Below the pieces are notes generated by a model, which saw only the letters and a program-made list of their open reading frames with translations, did not search any database and had not been told where the DNA came from. From Protoeuglena noctilucae (lineage: Eukaryota), in the NCBI GenBank assembly GCA_958009085.1, contig OY253687.1, forward strand, positions 496,001 through 560,000: a stretch of DNA of 64,000 nucleotides, read 5' to 3'. Shown here piece after piece: positions 12,601-25,805 of the stretch. Numbering within the stretch: position 1 is the first letter of the stretch; each line of letters starts with the position of its first letter. A program made the position numbers and the translations under genes.

Positions 12601-14484
12601 TGTTCAACATGCCAGAGAAACCGCTTCCAGGCGCTCCCGCCACGCTCTACTTCAACCGGGCCAAGTCCGTGCTGCGGCACAACCCCAACATCAAGGCCAA
12701 GGTCGGATTTAACGAGTGGGACGAGGGCTGCGGCGTGAGGGAGCTGGTGCTGAGCCCGACCAACCTGTGGCGCGACGAGCACACGGATTGGTGGGCGGCC
12801 GGCATCGATGCGGTGCCGGAGGGCGCCACGCAGCTCGACGTGGTGTTCCACGACGGCTGTGGAACGTGGGACAACAACGACGGCAGCGATTACATGGTCC
12901 TGGCCAGGTGAGGGGCGTGGAGAAGTGAGTGCGTGGTCGTGGTCACCTGAGGAGCATGCAACTGCATCCCAGGTCTGAGGGAGATGTGACTGAGAGTGGG
13001 TGGCAGGGAAGGTAGCGTTGGCTGGGTTCGTTGCTGCGACATACAATCAGGCTTACAGCGGGTACGCCGGCTTAATGCGGGTACGCCTGAGCACGTTTGT
13101 TGTCCCTGAGCGTGCCCGACAGGTCGACCACACCCGCCCTGCCCCGCCCCTCCCTGCAGCAACGCGGCTTCTGCGGAAGTGCGCCGCATCGAGTCGATGG
13201 AGGTGTACGACCACGCGGGCGGCAAGCTGCACATCTGCCGATTGGCGCGGAAGGGCAACGTGAACCGGCGGGACCGATGGATGCAAGAGAGGCTCCTTCG
13301 CGTGTGGACGCCGGCGGGATTCGATGTCGAGCACTGGAAGCGGGATCCCAAGGGCATCCCCGTGCTCTACATGAACGACGGCCAGAACATGTTCGAGGAC
13401 TGGATCGCGCACCAGGGGCAGGCGTGGAACATCGGCTACGCCGCAGCGCACCTGATCGGCTCCAAGGCTCTCCCGCCCTTCATCATTGTCGGCATTGACG
13501 GTGCCGGGCCCTACAGGCGAGCGCTGGGCTGCGTGCAATGCCGTGATCACCTGGGGGCCTAGGTGCTAGCACACCTTGTAACATGACTGCCCTGTATCAC
13601 GGCCCGTTTCCACCCATCTCTGTCCGCCTCAGGTCCTATCAGTACTGCCCCTACCCGCCCGGCACGGGGGATGGCGGCTTCCGTGGCGACTGCGAGAGGT
13701 GGCCTGGAGGGGGCGTCGATGCTTACATGCGGCGTGTGGTGCAGGAGGTTATGCCGCTCATCACGACTGAGTTCGGTGGCTCCACGGGTGACGAGGGCGG
13801 CGACCACTGTCTGTTTGGGTTTACGGCAGTCTCATGCACCATGCACCAAGCATGCTACTTCGCATTCCAATGCCACCCCAAACCGCTCCACGCTCGCTTC
13901 ACATCCCCATGCCACCCCACCCCGTCCCACGCGCGTCGCAGACCCCGACCGCCTCGCCTTCGGCGGTGGCTCGTTCGGGGGCGTGTGCGCGCTCTACGCG
14001 GCCATGCACTACCCCCACGTGTTCGGGAGCATCCTGGCCGAGTCGCCTTCCCTCTGGATCGCACGGGGGCGCTTCCTCAGCGACCTGCGCAACCACGCGG
14101 GGCCGTGGGCTCAGAGGGTCTTTATCGGGGGCGGCACCCTGGAGTTCTCCGCGACGCGGCCCGACTGCGTGCGGCCGGACGTTGACCACCTCCTCCTGCA
14201 CTATCTGCGCGAGGCCAACGACATCCTCCGGAGCAAGGTGGGGACGACCGGCGGGACTGTCAGCGTCCATGCTTGCAGAGCTGGGCCCCTCTTTTCGCAC
14301 ATTGTCAAGTTTTGCTCCGCTTGCTGTCACTGACGCCTGGCGCTGGGCCCTCCACACGCAGGGCTTGCGGGGGGAGCAGCTGCGCTTCCAGATCGACGAG
14401 GGCGCGGGGCACCACGAGGGTGCCTGGGCGTACCGGCTGCACGGCTCCCTCAGCTACTTGCTGATGCCCTGGTGGGACGTCTGA
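9649..14484 (+). CDS. Probable plastid protein: alpha/beta-hydrolase esterase + 2 starch-synthase-III-like CBM53/CBM25-type modules + second esterase
   Basis: Esterase 1: LRIWTPPDF, VFLNDGQNLFD, GGSSFGG, ESPSFW, HTEKSWAVRL. CBMs: MNFVFTDGHGNWDSNSG and LDVVFHDGCGTWDNNDGSDY. Esterase 2: LRVWTPAGF, LYMNDGQNMFED, GGGSFGG, ESPSLW, HHEGAWAYRL. Start inferred. Confidence 0.85.
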
Positions 14485-14957
14485 AGGACGCATGGCATGG
14501 TCACCTGCTCGCGCAATGCTCCGACTCAGCGTAGGGCACCATGAACTCACCTAGGCCCCGACAACATCATCTCAGATGCGGATATCTGCGAAGCATGGCC
14601 GATATCTGCGCTGGATGCCATGTGCCCTATGCCCTTTCCCGTCACCGCGTTACCCCGTCTCGTGCCTCAGTCCTTGTTTGAAGAAGTCGGATCACAGGCA
14701 CATTGTGCACGGGCTAGGAAGAGCCCAAAGAAGACATGGAGCATAGGTGTGCCGCAATGCCAGTGGGGAACCCTAACCCCTCTTGTCATGCATGCGCCAG
14801 GTCATCCACAGCAAGGCCGAGCTCAAGAGGCCTGTATCGCCACAATTCCCGGCATTCTGCAACACCTTCCATCCTCAGAGACCTTCTGCTCTCCTCGGCA
14901 AGCCCATAACTTCCTTCGTCCTTCAACCCTTCACCCCTCGCTCGACGCCTCGCCAAG

Positions 14958-15299
14958 ATGTGCATGCGCGTCACCTGCTCGAAGTGCGGGAAGCCTTCCT
15001 ACGTGGGATGTGGAAAGCACGTGGAGCAGGCGAGCACGATGCGCTGCGTCTCTGTGCTTAGGTGTCGCGCCCTTTATCGACCGCTGGAGCGGCTTTGCTC
15101 CACGTCCCTGTTCGCGGCAGCACCGTGAAATCGTATGGAATGCGTCGGCGAGAAGCATTCCGTGGACCAGCGCGCGGACGCGGCAGGAAGCCGCCTGGTG
15201 TCATGCATGATGACGTGCGTCCCGACAGCAATTCCGACCCCGTCGACGCAGGTCCTTGGCGACGTTCCCCCTGAGAACCGCTGCCAGTGCCCGCGGTGA
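14958..15299 (+). CDS. 39-aa Cys/His-rich microprotein (putative Zn-binding), 2 exons, not in the ORF track
   Basis: Exon 1 14958-15029 MCMRVTCSKCGKPSYVGCGKHVEQ; GC-AG intron 15030-15251; exon 2 15252-15299 VLGDVPPENRCQCPR*. Confidence 0.85.
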
Positions 15300-15741
15300 C
15301 GCTCTAGCGTTGCTGACGCGGTGAGCCGGTGGTACACGGCCATTTCAGCGAGCCAGCCAATACTGAGCCAGTCTCTTTTTGCAACAGCGCCGCCCTCGTT
15401 CACGCAGGAGCGAAGATGAAGATTGGCCACGCAAGTTTGTCTAGGCGCTGCTAGTTCAGGCCCCACGAAGGCCGTGCATGCAAACTCCCCCAGTTTAGCA
15501 CCTTGAAGCAATATCAAGGCCAGGTTGCTTCAGCGCCGTCCTTCTTGTATCACTGATGCCGTAGCGCGCGTGCAGGGTCCCGGCGGGCCCGCACATTGCG
15601 CAAAACACGCTTCTGACGCGGTCAATCGGCGTTTACGACCTCCACGCGCATCCGGTGGTCGGTCTCGGCCTTATTCTCGTGTCGGAGCCGCAGCGACTCC
15701 AGTCCTCCCGCATCGCCCAACTGCAGCGCGAAATCGGGACA

Positions 15742-17713
15742 ATGTGCACGCGGGCCGCCCTCCCTGCGGGCTGCGTGGCGCCCGCCCGCCATGTGCCGGC
15801 ACGGCGTAACGCGCTTGTGTGCCGGGCTGCGTCGACCGGCCAGCCCCACGGCAGGTGGGGCAGCGGGTCTGTCGGCAGGCCGACCGATCGCGTCCACCGC
15901 GCAGTATAGAGCCTTGCCGGGCCGTTTATGCCATCCTTGCATCCACTGCGACTCGATGATTGCATGCATTCGGCCCCGCCGTCCCGGAACGCGTGCCACG
16001 GCGTCTCGGGACCCCGTGACAGCTCCCCCTCCCCTAGCGTTCATCTCCACACGTTTTCAGCCCCGGGCACTCTCCACGGCCTCCTCTCCGAAACATCGCG
16101 CGCGGGGGCGGGCCGTGCCGCCTCGCGAGGGGGAGGGGGCCCAGCGCGTGGAGAATCTGAGCCCGCAATGTGCCCGCGCGCCGGCCCCCGATCTGAGCAG
16201 GGCTATATGTGGGTCCCCGCAGGATCTTCAACTTCTCCGCTGGCCCGGCCTGCCTCCCCGTCGACGTGCTCGAGCGCGCGCAGAAGGAAATGCTCAACTG
16301 GAACGGCTCCGGGATGTCCGTGATGGAGATGTCGCACAGGTGGGACCGCGAGTGACATCACCAACGGAGAAAACCTTCCGCAACCTGGGGCGGCCCCTGC
16401 CGCGCCGCGAGCCGGGATCCCGCGTGCACATTCGGCGCTCCCGACGTCGGCGCAGGGGGAAGGAGTACATGGCGATCCAGGCCAAGGCGGAGGCGGACTT
16501 GAGAACGCTGATGAATATTCCCTCGAACTACAAGGCGAGCTGCGGCCGACGGCGGCGCGCGTGCCCGCCCCACACGCCGAGCCGTGACGCCCGCCCCAGC
16601 CTTTCCCTCGCCCAGGTGCTGTTCTTGCAAGGCGGCGCCACGACGCAGTTCGCCGCCATCCCTCTGAACCTGACTCAGGAGGGCGACGTGGCGGATTTCG
16701 TCATCACCGGGTCCTGGGTGCGTACCCGCGCTCTGCCCCCACCTGGGTACCGTTGTCGCTCAGGCTCGCTTAGAGTCGCCTCCGGCCCTCGGTCGCTCCG
16801 CAGGGGAAGAAGGCGCAGGAGGAGTCGGCGAAGCTGGGCTGCACGGTGAACGTGGCTGCCAAGGGCAAGAACGTCGACATCCCGGCACAGGCCTCGTGGA
16901 AGCTCACGGACGGCGCCAAGTTCGTCCACATATGCTCCAACGAGACCATCCAGGGCGTGGAGTTCAAGGAGGACCCGGACCTGAAGGGCAAGGTGCTCGT
17001 GGCCGACATGTCGTCCAACATCCTCTCCAAGCCCGTCGACGTCGCCAAGTATGGCGTCATCTACGCGGGCGCCCAGAAGGCGAGCGAGTCGGCAAATGGG
17101 TCGGCTTCCGCCGGCATGATATTTGCGCACCACCTCGCCGCCGCATCGCTGGGGCAGGGCAGGACGGGATGCCGTGTGGCGTGACGTGCGCCCGCCCACA
17201 CGCCTGCCGCAGAACGTCGGCCCCTCCGGCGCGACGATCGTGATTGTTCGGGAGGACCTGATCGGCAAGGCGCGCAAGGACACCCCGACGCTGCTGGACT
17301 GGGAGATCCAGGCTAGCAATGAGTCGATGTACAACACGCCCCCGTGCTACGCCATCTACGTGTGCGGCCTGGTGTTCGAGAAGCTCCTCAACGAGGGCGG
17401 TCTCGCGGCCATGGAGAAGCGCAACAAGGCCAAGGCCCAGCTCATCTACGACGCCATCAACGCCTCGGGTGGCTTCTACGCGTGCCCGGTCGACCCCGCC
17501 GTGCGCTCCAACATGAACATCCCGTTCACGATCCCCTCCAAGCCCGAGCTCGAGGAGGCGTTCATCAAGGAGGCCAGCAAGAAAGGCATGATCCAGCTCA
17601 AGGGGCATCGGAGCGTCGGGGGCATGCGCGCGTCCGTGTATAACGCCATGCCGGAGGAGGGGTGCCAGGCGCTGGCCAAGTTCATGCAGGAGTTCCACGC
17701 GACCCACGCCTGA
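15742..17713 (+). CDS. PSAT: Phosphoserine aminotransferase, plastid-targeted
   Basis: [48 protein letters not shown]-lysine motif [38 protein letters not shown]. Confidence 0.97.
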
Positions 17714-18153
17714 GCGGGTTGCAGGGCGCTGGGGGACGAAACTGCTGCGGGGCGCGCTGTGGCTGACGCCGGTGGCTGCGCTCCGGCGGTTCATGCGTGC
17801 ACAGTGTGCTGGCCTCTTGCGGGGTGGCAGTGCATCTACAGGGTTTGCCAGAGGGCGGTCGGCGAGCGCGTGCATGCATGCACCCATGATGAGTGCCCAC
17901 GTCTAGCTAGCCCCATTGACGCTTCTATCATGTTAAAGATTTCTCAGAGAGGGTATGGCGGCAAATAGAAAGGAAAGGAGCACATGCTTGCTCAGGAGCC
18001 AATGAACGCTACCCCTTTCTTGGCAATAGGGAAGGACCACAACTAGGCCTAGGGAAGGGAGGGAATGCAAAACAATGTCACTCTTTGGAAACATGGAACA
18101 AGATCTCGAGGATTGCGCTGCTTCTCGTGCTGATAAACCACTGGCACCTCGTC

Positions 18154-19526
18154 TCACTCCTCGGGGAGGATGAGCTTGGACTGCCGCGTGGACTGGCGTT
18201 TCCTACGCTTGGCTTTGGTCTGCTGCACCGGCCGGCCCCCGATCCGCTTGCTGGGCGCGATGCCCGCCTTCTTGAGCTCGTCCTCCAGGTGAAAATCTGG
18301 GCCGACTCGAAGGCTCTCGGACATCAGGCGGTCCATATCGGGGTCCAGGATGCACTCAACGGGCTGCGCATCAACGGGTCATCACAGCACCGTGGACGGG
18401 CTGAGATATAGCGAAGGGAGGTGCTCAGGAGCGGCAGGCATCGGCAAGTGGACACGCCTTGGTCCCTATGATAAGGGAGATGTCGTGTCTCCCTTGGCAT
18501 TGAGCGATGGTGGCACAACGCAGTGGCGCAAGCTGCACCTGAGTCGGGTACTGCAGGTCCCGCGGGAACGCCACCGGACACGCAAACGCCCGGGACCAGA
18601 TGAGGTAGATGTGGCGCTCGGATGCCAGTGCTTCCAGGTCTTGCTCGACGCCCTTGTATGCGTCCGACAGCTCCTTGACCGGGATGCCATACCTGCGATC
18701 AGATGGCGACGTGAAATCTTTGGGCAGGGGACCGAGGCAACGGAAGCGCTCACATGGATAAACCACATAACGCTGGGCGCAAGGTGCCAGCTTGAGCGAC
18801 GTCTCCCTGCGTCAAAAGCACCTGCGCGGGTCCTCCTGGCTCGTCTGCGATCGCTTCCACTCCTTCTGGATCACACCCAGCAGCTGCTGCTTGTTGAGGA
18901 TATCGTACTGCGGCCAGCACAAGCCATGAACGTCGCGAGCCTGGCACATCGCTCGCCCCACACGTTGCAGGGGCCATCCCAGCCATGCTAGCGCATCCAG
19001 CGCAGTCTTTGAGATTGTATCTCGACGCCCGTCACCTTCGGCTTGTACAAGTAGACGTCCCCGACCTGGTCGTAGTTGACGCGCGGGTTGGTCTGAATCT
19101 CCTTCCGCAGCTTCGCGTCCGAAGTCAGGTCCACGCCCGCCATGTTCTTCAGGTCGTCCGTGTTGAGCGCGCGGTCCGCGTTCCGCAGGCACCGCAGCAC
19201 CGAGTTCACCATGACGAGGAACGCGCTGCGCTCGGCCTCCTCGGGCGTCCGCAGCACCGGCTGGGCCGCCTGAGGGGCAGCCGAAGTGGATGGCCTGAGG
19301 ACAGGGGAATGTAGAGCTATGTGATGCATTGACGTCCCGCAAAACGCGAATGGGCGCGCAGCATTTGCCACCGTGCCGCGGAGCACCTGGTCTTGGGCAC
19401 TTGGGGGCGCGGCCTCGCAGGCTTTTCCTTCGCTTGTGCCTGTGCCTGCGCCTTCTTCTTCTCCGCCATCTTCTCCTGGAGCGCCAGCGCCCGCTCGCCC
19501 CACTTGGCCTTGAGATCCCCCATCAT
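18154..19526 (-). CDS. TFIIE-beta: General transcription factor IIE subunit beta
   Basis: Winged-helix-like segment ..IQTNPRVNYD..YLYKPK|YDILNKQQLL, GIPVKELSDAY, and a basic C-terminus (KRRKRQS). Confidence 0.8.
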
Positions 19527-19971
19527 CGTGCAGCGCTCCGCACTGGGGGCCAGCGCACGTCGTGCCCTCCTCGCCTCGTCCTCTGTGACAGCTGACCCGG
19601 TCGCGGGCGAATGAAGCAGCCACCAGGCGCCTGCGCGACTGGCAACGCCTTTAGAAGAAGCACAGGACACGTGTGCTCCTCCCCCAGCGCAGGAATGCAA
19701 AAGACGACCGGTCTGGCTCGTTCCTCAACTTGCTGGTTGTATGGCACAGGACCCCAACAGCGCCGTGGAAGGCCCCCACGATGGCTGGCACGTAAGCCTG
19801 ACGGTGCCGACGAGCGTCAGGACCTAAACTCGCAGTCACGGCCGCATCATCGACCCCCACGGCGCGCAAAACGTCCCACCCGTGCCGCTGGCGCTGTCGT
19901 CTGAGACCATGCGCTCCTAGCAGGCCAGCAGATTAATCCCCATCGGGGAAGGGCAGGGGCAGCGAAGGGAA

Positions 19972-21186
19972 ATGGGGGCGGTTGGGTTCTTTGGCTACGG
20001 CTTCATCGCCCTCAGCCCACTCGTGGCTGTGAGCGTCGTGGTCATCGCCAGGAAGAGCTTCCTCGTCCTGCTCGCCCTGCTCTCGAGCGCGTGGTACCTG
20101 CTGTCGATGCTCGGTGCGTCGCCTGCTCGGGGCAGTCCGCCATGGCACTGGAACAGCTCCATTAGAGGCGCAGAATTCGTGGCAGTCGCGACGCCGTCCC
20201 ACGAGCCCGCTCCGGTGCTCTGCGCCCAGTGACGTGGGGGATGATGCGAACATCCGCTCCGTTCGGCGACCGCGTGGGCCTCTACGTCGCGGGCGTGATG
20301 CTCTCTGTCGTCATCCAGGAGTGCGCGCGCTTCGCCCTGTGGTGGGCCCTCAGCAAGATGGTGAGCCCGTCGAAACAGTTACGCGCCCGTGCTTTCGACG
20401 CCTGGCCCTCCGCGCTGGGACCGATTGGCAGCCGTGCGACCCCATCTCAGATGAATTCACTCCAAGAACTAGCGAGGGATACGCCTAAAGGCCGGCTGAC
20501 CGCGCTGGAGCGTGTGGAAATCGCCCTGGCCGCGGGCTGCGGCCACGCCTGGGCCACCGCCCTCTTCTTCTTCGTCTCTTTCCTCCAACTGTCGTACGGT
20601 GAGGAAGCAACTGTCGATGCATCGTTCGCTGGCCTTCCACTGCTCTTTTGACTTCGTTCTTGTCCCTGCGAACGTATGCCTGCGTTGTGGTGATTCCTGC
20701 AACACCCTCAAGCGCTCTTGGTCACCTGCACGACACAAACCGACCCGACCTGCGCTCGCGTGCACCGCAGGACACAAGTCTCTCCGCTCGCCCGCCTGCG
20801 TCGCCCTCAACGCCTTCCTCGCCCAGGCCCTCAACTGCCTGGGCATGACCCTCCTGCACATGTCCCTCATGGTCGTCTTCGTCATGGGCATGGAGAGCGC
20901 TTTCGGCTTCCGGTCCAGACCCGCGACGCTGCTTGGGATGTTCGAGCCCCTGTCCGTGCCCTTTGCGCACCTCGCAGTAGCCCTCGTAACGGTGGCCTCG
21001 CTCCAAGACGGCGGGTGCCGCGGTGCTATCCCCGTCGTCGTCATCGCCGGCGTTGCGTCCGTCGCCTGGGCCACCGTCGTAGCGCGCAGGCGCCTAGCCC
21101 GCGGCGCTCTTGGGGCCCGGGGTGATGACCTCAGCGCTGTTGTGCAGCTCACTGGCAGCCAGGTCCCGTCGGCCCCGGTGCAATAG
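19972..21186 (+). CDS. APH1: Gamma-secretase subunit APH-1-like multi-pass membrane protein
   Basis: GFFGYGFIALSP, SVVIQECARF, IALAAGCGHA, TLLHMSLMV, PFAHLAVA; seven hydrophobic segments. Confidence 0.88.
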
Positions 21187-21394
21187 AAATTTCCACTGGA
21201 CCACTTTAAAAAAAGGGTTTGCTGTCACTTCCAGCCCACGATACCGCGGCTCCTCGCTGGCTGACCAGCGCTAGTGGGACGAGGCGGGTGCTGCAGTGTA
21301 ATGTCACTTATGAGGTGAAGCAAGACCAACACTTCAACCAGATAGCAGCGTTGACAACCCCAGTTCTACTAGCTCGAAAGGACGGCCCGTGCTG

Positions 21395-23075
21395 TCAGTC
21401 TGCGTCGAACCACCGCTCCTCGGCATCCCGGTCCATCTCCCCGACCCACGCGTTGTCCAGCTGGGTGTCCCCGTCCACCGCCACGTAATCCATCTCCGCG
21501 TCCATCCCGGCCATAAAGCGCACGCGCATCAGGTCCCCGAACTCCTCCCTCAAACGAGCCCTCTCGGCCTCGTCTGCGCGACCTGGCACATGGCCCGCCG
21601 CCACCGCCGCACCCTCAACACCCTCGCCCTGCGAGCGAGCAAGCACGATCGCTTTGTCGTGCGGCCACCGTATCACAACTGCGTTCCGCGGCATCTACTC
21701 CCGCCGACCGGCAGCTGCGTGCAGCGCCTGCGCGGACACGGCCATACCGCAAAACTCACCGCCGCATGACTCTGACCGGCACGGAACTCCTCTTGAGCCA
21801 CGTTGCGCATGTCCTGAGCCAAACCGTCCTGGCCTCTCCGTTCCTCCATCTCTCCCTGCGCTTGAGACACCAGTGTTTATGAGTGACAGGCTGCGGCACC
21901 TCAGACAGGACTGCCTCAGACCCCCTTGCCCCCGCGAAACGGCACCCACGCACCCAGAGACCCCCGGCCCTCGGCTCAATGAACTCGTTGTAGGTCGCCT
22001 TCGATCCCTCGCGAGCCCCCGAATCAGCGTCGTCCCCTCCCCGCACACGTGCACTCGCTGACCCATGCACCACCCCAGGCTCCTCCGCCACTCCCTCGCT
22101 TTCGTCCGTATCATGCTCCGATTCGAACGACGACCTGGCCTTTGCCAGTCCCACACGGTCGCCGCATGGCGCATCGGCCGTGGCTCCGCGCCCGTCCGAC
22201 TCCCTCGCAGAGCTTGGAAGCCCCGCGTCGCTCCCCGGTCCCTCCGGTTCCCGCGACATCTCGTCCGCAAACGCCTCGTCCCGACGCGCCAACAGCTGCA
22301 CCTCGTCGTAGATCCGCAGCAGCCTTTCTGGGGTAGCGGAGGTCGTGACTGCGGCTCGACATCGCATGCGGAGCTGGGCACGCGCGGCGAGGCGGCTGCT
22401 GCGCTGGCAGACGCACCAGAGAGGGGCTCTCCCGGAGGCGCCTCCCTTGCACCCCCTCGTTCGAGGTACTGCCCCACATAGAGGTGGTACAGAGCTGGCT
22501 CACGCTCCCGCATGGCCTCGTCCTCGAAGTATCCCTCCTGCGGCCGCACCCCGTTTGACAACCTGAGATGGCGCCTACGATGTAAACAAGCGGTTTCTGA
22601 ACGCGGCGCGAGCCTCGCACTGCGACCCTCGCCTGCTCGAGCTCTTTCATGCGAGCGTGGCGGCGGTTGCGCTGCTGCGCGGTCCGCTGGGAGGTACGGG
22701 GCTCAGTCGATGCATGTTTGCGGCGCTCTGCTATCGCAAGGTAATGATGGACCTCCTCGTTGCTGTCGCGGAGGGGCTGAAACGCCGCCAGCTCGTCGTT
22801 GGTCAGAGAGCCGGCGTACCGTTCCAAGAACGGGCCGGGCTGTTGAACAGCGAGCTTCTGGAGGTGATGCGCAACTTCATCTCTGCGAGGATGAGCAAGT
22901 GCGGACATCTCGCGGCCCTCTCGTTGTCCAGGCGCCGAGCAAATCAGAGCATGCCCGTACGGCACCTGGTGACGGCGTCCCCGCGCATGAGGATGAAGTT
23001 CGGCAGCAGAAGGTCCGGCAGACCGCTAAGCCTGGTGGCAAGATGCCTGGCCACCTCATCGGAGAGCCGCGCCAT
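21395..23075 (-). CDS. CCDC97: CCDC97/DUF2052-like protein
   Basis: PGPFLERYAG, RNRRHARM, EGYFEDEAMREREPALYHLYVGQY, MRVRFMAGMD..DYVAVD, DAEERWFD. Confidence 0.88.
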
Positions 23076-23422
23076 CCCCGGCGGCCATAAAACGTGCTCC
23101 GGGATCCCAGTCGGCCCTAATTCGGCCTGGCGATGATTGCAAGTCGGATTGATAATACCCACTGCCGTAGTGGGTGTTGGGGTGGTCCTCGCGTCGCCTG
23201 CATTTGGGAGGACGGCTCTGCGTCAGGCGCCTGACTTGACTGTGACCCTATCCGCCCGCCGGAGGCCCCATAAGAGACGACCGCGACCCCCTCGGCATCA
23301 TTTCTGCGTACGATACTGACCCACGCCGGGATTTACTGACCTCTCCAACGCCGCAGCAGAGCACCTGTGTTGTCAGCCATCGGCGGCCCCGCTTGGACAG
23401 AAGACGCGACCTTGGGACAAAG

Positions 23423-25594
23423 ATGGGTTCACTCTCTGCGCAAACGTCGCTCGGAGCGCCGTCGGTGCTATCAGCGAGCGCGGCGGCCGGCAGCAGGCGG
23501 CGCGCCTTCCTTGCGCGTCCCGACCCCGTCCTCCGCCCGCGCGTCGCGGCCGCGGCCGGCGGGGACGAGAAGTCAGGCTCAAGCTGGAACGCGGTCGAAA
23601 AGGCGAGCTTCGGCGGGCTGGCGGACCTTCCCGGCGATGGGCCGACCGCTGCGCAGCGTGGGAGGTCTTGCGGCTTACCCGACATCTGGCCCCGCCGACC
23701 GCGCCGTGCGCCGCCTCCACGCAGGGTGGGCCGTCGGAGGAGGGTGCTGACTTTTTGTACGAGCTCGGGAAGCGCCAGGACTACAATATCAACATCGACC
23801 ACGGGCAGACCACCGCTCATCTGGAGTCGCTGTTTGGGGGCGAGTTTTTGGGCACCAAGGCCGATATCGCCGACGGCTCTCTGCGCTACGAGGAGTTCCG
23901 CACCCTGAACAACATCATCGGAGAGTTTTACGTGGCTCCCAGGTGTTTGGGCGAGGCAGGCGTCGGCGCTCGCTGGCCCTCGTGCGCCGACAGCGTGGCT
24001 GACCCGCCCGGGCGTGCGCTCGCCCGCAGGTTCATGGAGCGCGTCGCGATGCACATCGTGAAGAACTTCGCCGCGTCGGAGATGGAGACGGAGGTCCCCC
24101 TGGCGCTGTCGATCTGGGGTGGGAAGGGCCAGGGCAAGTCCTTCCAATTGGAGCTGACCCTCAAGAAGATGGGCGTCCTCCCCGTCATCATGTCCGCCGG
24201 GGAGCTCGAGCACGAGTGGGCCGGCATGCCCGGGCGCCTCATCCGCGAGAGGTGACGGCGGCGGTGATAACGAGGCGGCCCGGCGGGTATGTTGAGATGG
24301 CGCCGATAGGGTCCGTAAGCAAGATCTGTTTTCCCTCCGTCATCCGCAGGTACGGCCGAGCGGCGGAGATGGGCAAGAACCAGGGCAAGCTGACGTGCCT
24401 GGTGATCAACGACGTGGACGCGGGCCTGGGGCGGTATGACAACACGCAAGTCACGGTCAACAACCAGATCGTCGTGGCCACCATCATGAACCTGTGCGAC
24501 CAGCCGGCGTTCGTGTCGCTGGGGGAGTCCTGGGAGAAGACGGAGGCCCAGAACAAGAAGCGCCAGAACCGTATCCCCATCTTCCTCACGGGTGCGTACG
24601 CGTATGCGTGTGCGAGGGGACCTGGAGGGCTGCGCTGGGCAGGGTTGGAGTGGCAGGGTCTACTGGGGATTGCTCAGATGTTTCAGAAGACAACGTTGTT
24701 AGTATGTGCACTGGTTGGCACACGACCTTGTGCTTTCGACGCAGGCAACGACCTGTCCAAGCTCTTCGCCCCCCTGACCCGCGACGGCCGCATGGACAAG
24801 TTCTACTGGTTGCCCGACCGCGACGAGCTCCTCAGCACGGTCTGGTTCATGTTCAAGGACGACGGGTTCACGCGCGCTGACATGGACGCGCTCCTCGACG
24901 CCTTCCCCAACCAGAGGTGAGGGACGCACGCGGGACCTCGCGGGCCTGCAGCATGTGTACCTCTGTGGGTGCTGCACACCTGCATCGGCGTGTGCCCGCT
25001 AGCCGACCCTCCCCACGCGGGCTGGCGAGGGTTGCAGGGTGACAGCAGCGCACCCTTGTTACCTCGGGTCATGTTTGATCCCTGGAATCATGTTTGAGCT
25101 CAAATACGGCGTCCCTGCTTGCAGCCTGGACTTCTTTGGTGCCATCCGCCAGGCGACGTACGACGACGTCGTGAAGGACTGGCTGGTGCAGGTGACGGGC
25201 GGCGGGACCACGGATTTGAACAAGGCCAAGGACCTGTCCGTGCTGCACAACCTCCTGGTGGGGAACAAGGAAGAGTTCGACAAGGAGAGCTTCAAGGTGA
25301 CACCTCGAAGCTGACCTGGAAGCTGAGCGCGCTCCCACCGGCGTAACCGTTGTGTTTGCTCGCAGGTGTCGCTGCTATAAATACGCAGCCAAGTCGCTGT
25401 CCCACGCACGCGGTGATGGCTCTGCGCACGCGTCGCACCCGCAGGCACCCGTCATCACGATGGAGCGGCTGATGGAGGAGGGGAAGCGCCTGGTGCAGGA
25501 GCAGGACTACATCAACAACCTCCGCCTGTCGGACGAGTACATGCGCAAGCAGAAGCAGACCGCCCCCGGGAGCATGATCGGGTTCAACGGCTGA
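23423..25594 (+). CDS. Rubisco activase-like AAA+ protein (RCA2-type paralogue), plastid-targeted
   Basis: Walker A IWGGKGQGKSFQ, MSAGELE, PGRLIRERY, Walker B LVINDVDAG, TQVTVNNQIV, APLTRDGRMDKFYW, LDFFGAIR. Confidence 0.9.
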
Positions 25595-25805
25595 AGAGCC
25601 AACCAGCCGCTGCAGAGCGGCGCGCCGTGGGGCTCGGTGCGACGAGGCAGGTGCGAATTTCTCAGTGAAATTCAAGAGACGCCTTCGCGACGCCCCTAGC
25701 GCAACTGACTGAGCCTGGCCTAGCAAGCGATGGCATACATGCGCGTCTGGCGTGCCCCTGGCAGGGCGGGCTTTTGGCGTGCACCGCGCGCGCTCTGCCC
25801 CGATG

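Noticed and set aside
14769..14780. AACCCTAACCC, resembling a telomerase RNA template
   Set aside because: No TATA, snRNA-type promoter boxes or poly-T terminator nearby. More likely an isolated telo-box upstream of the microprotein gene.
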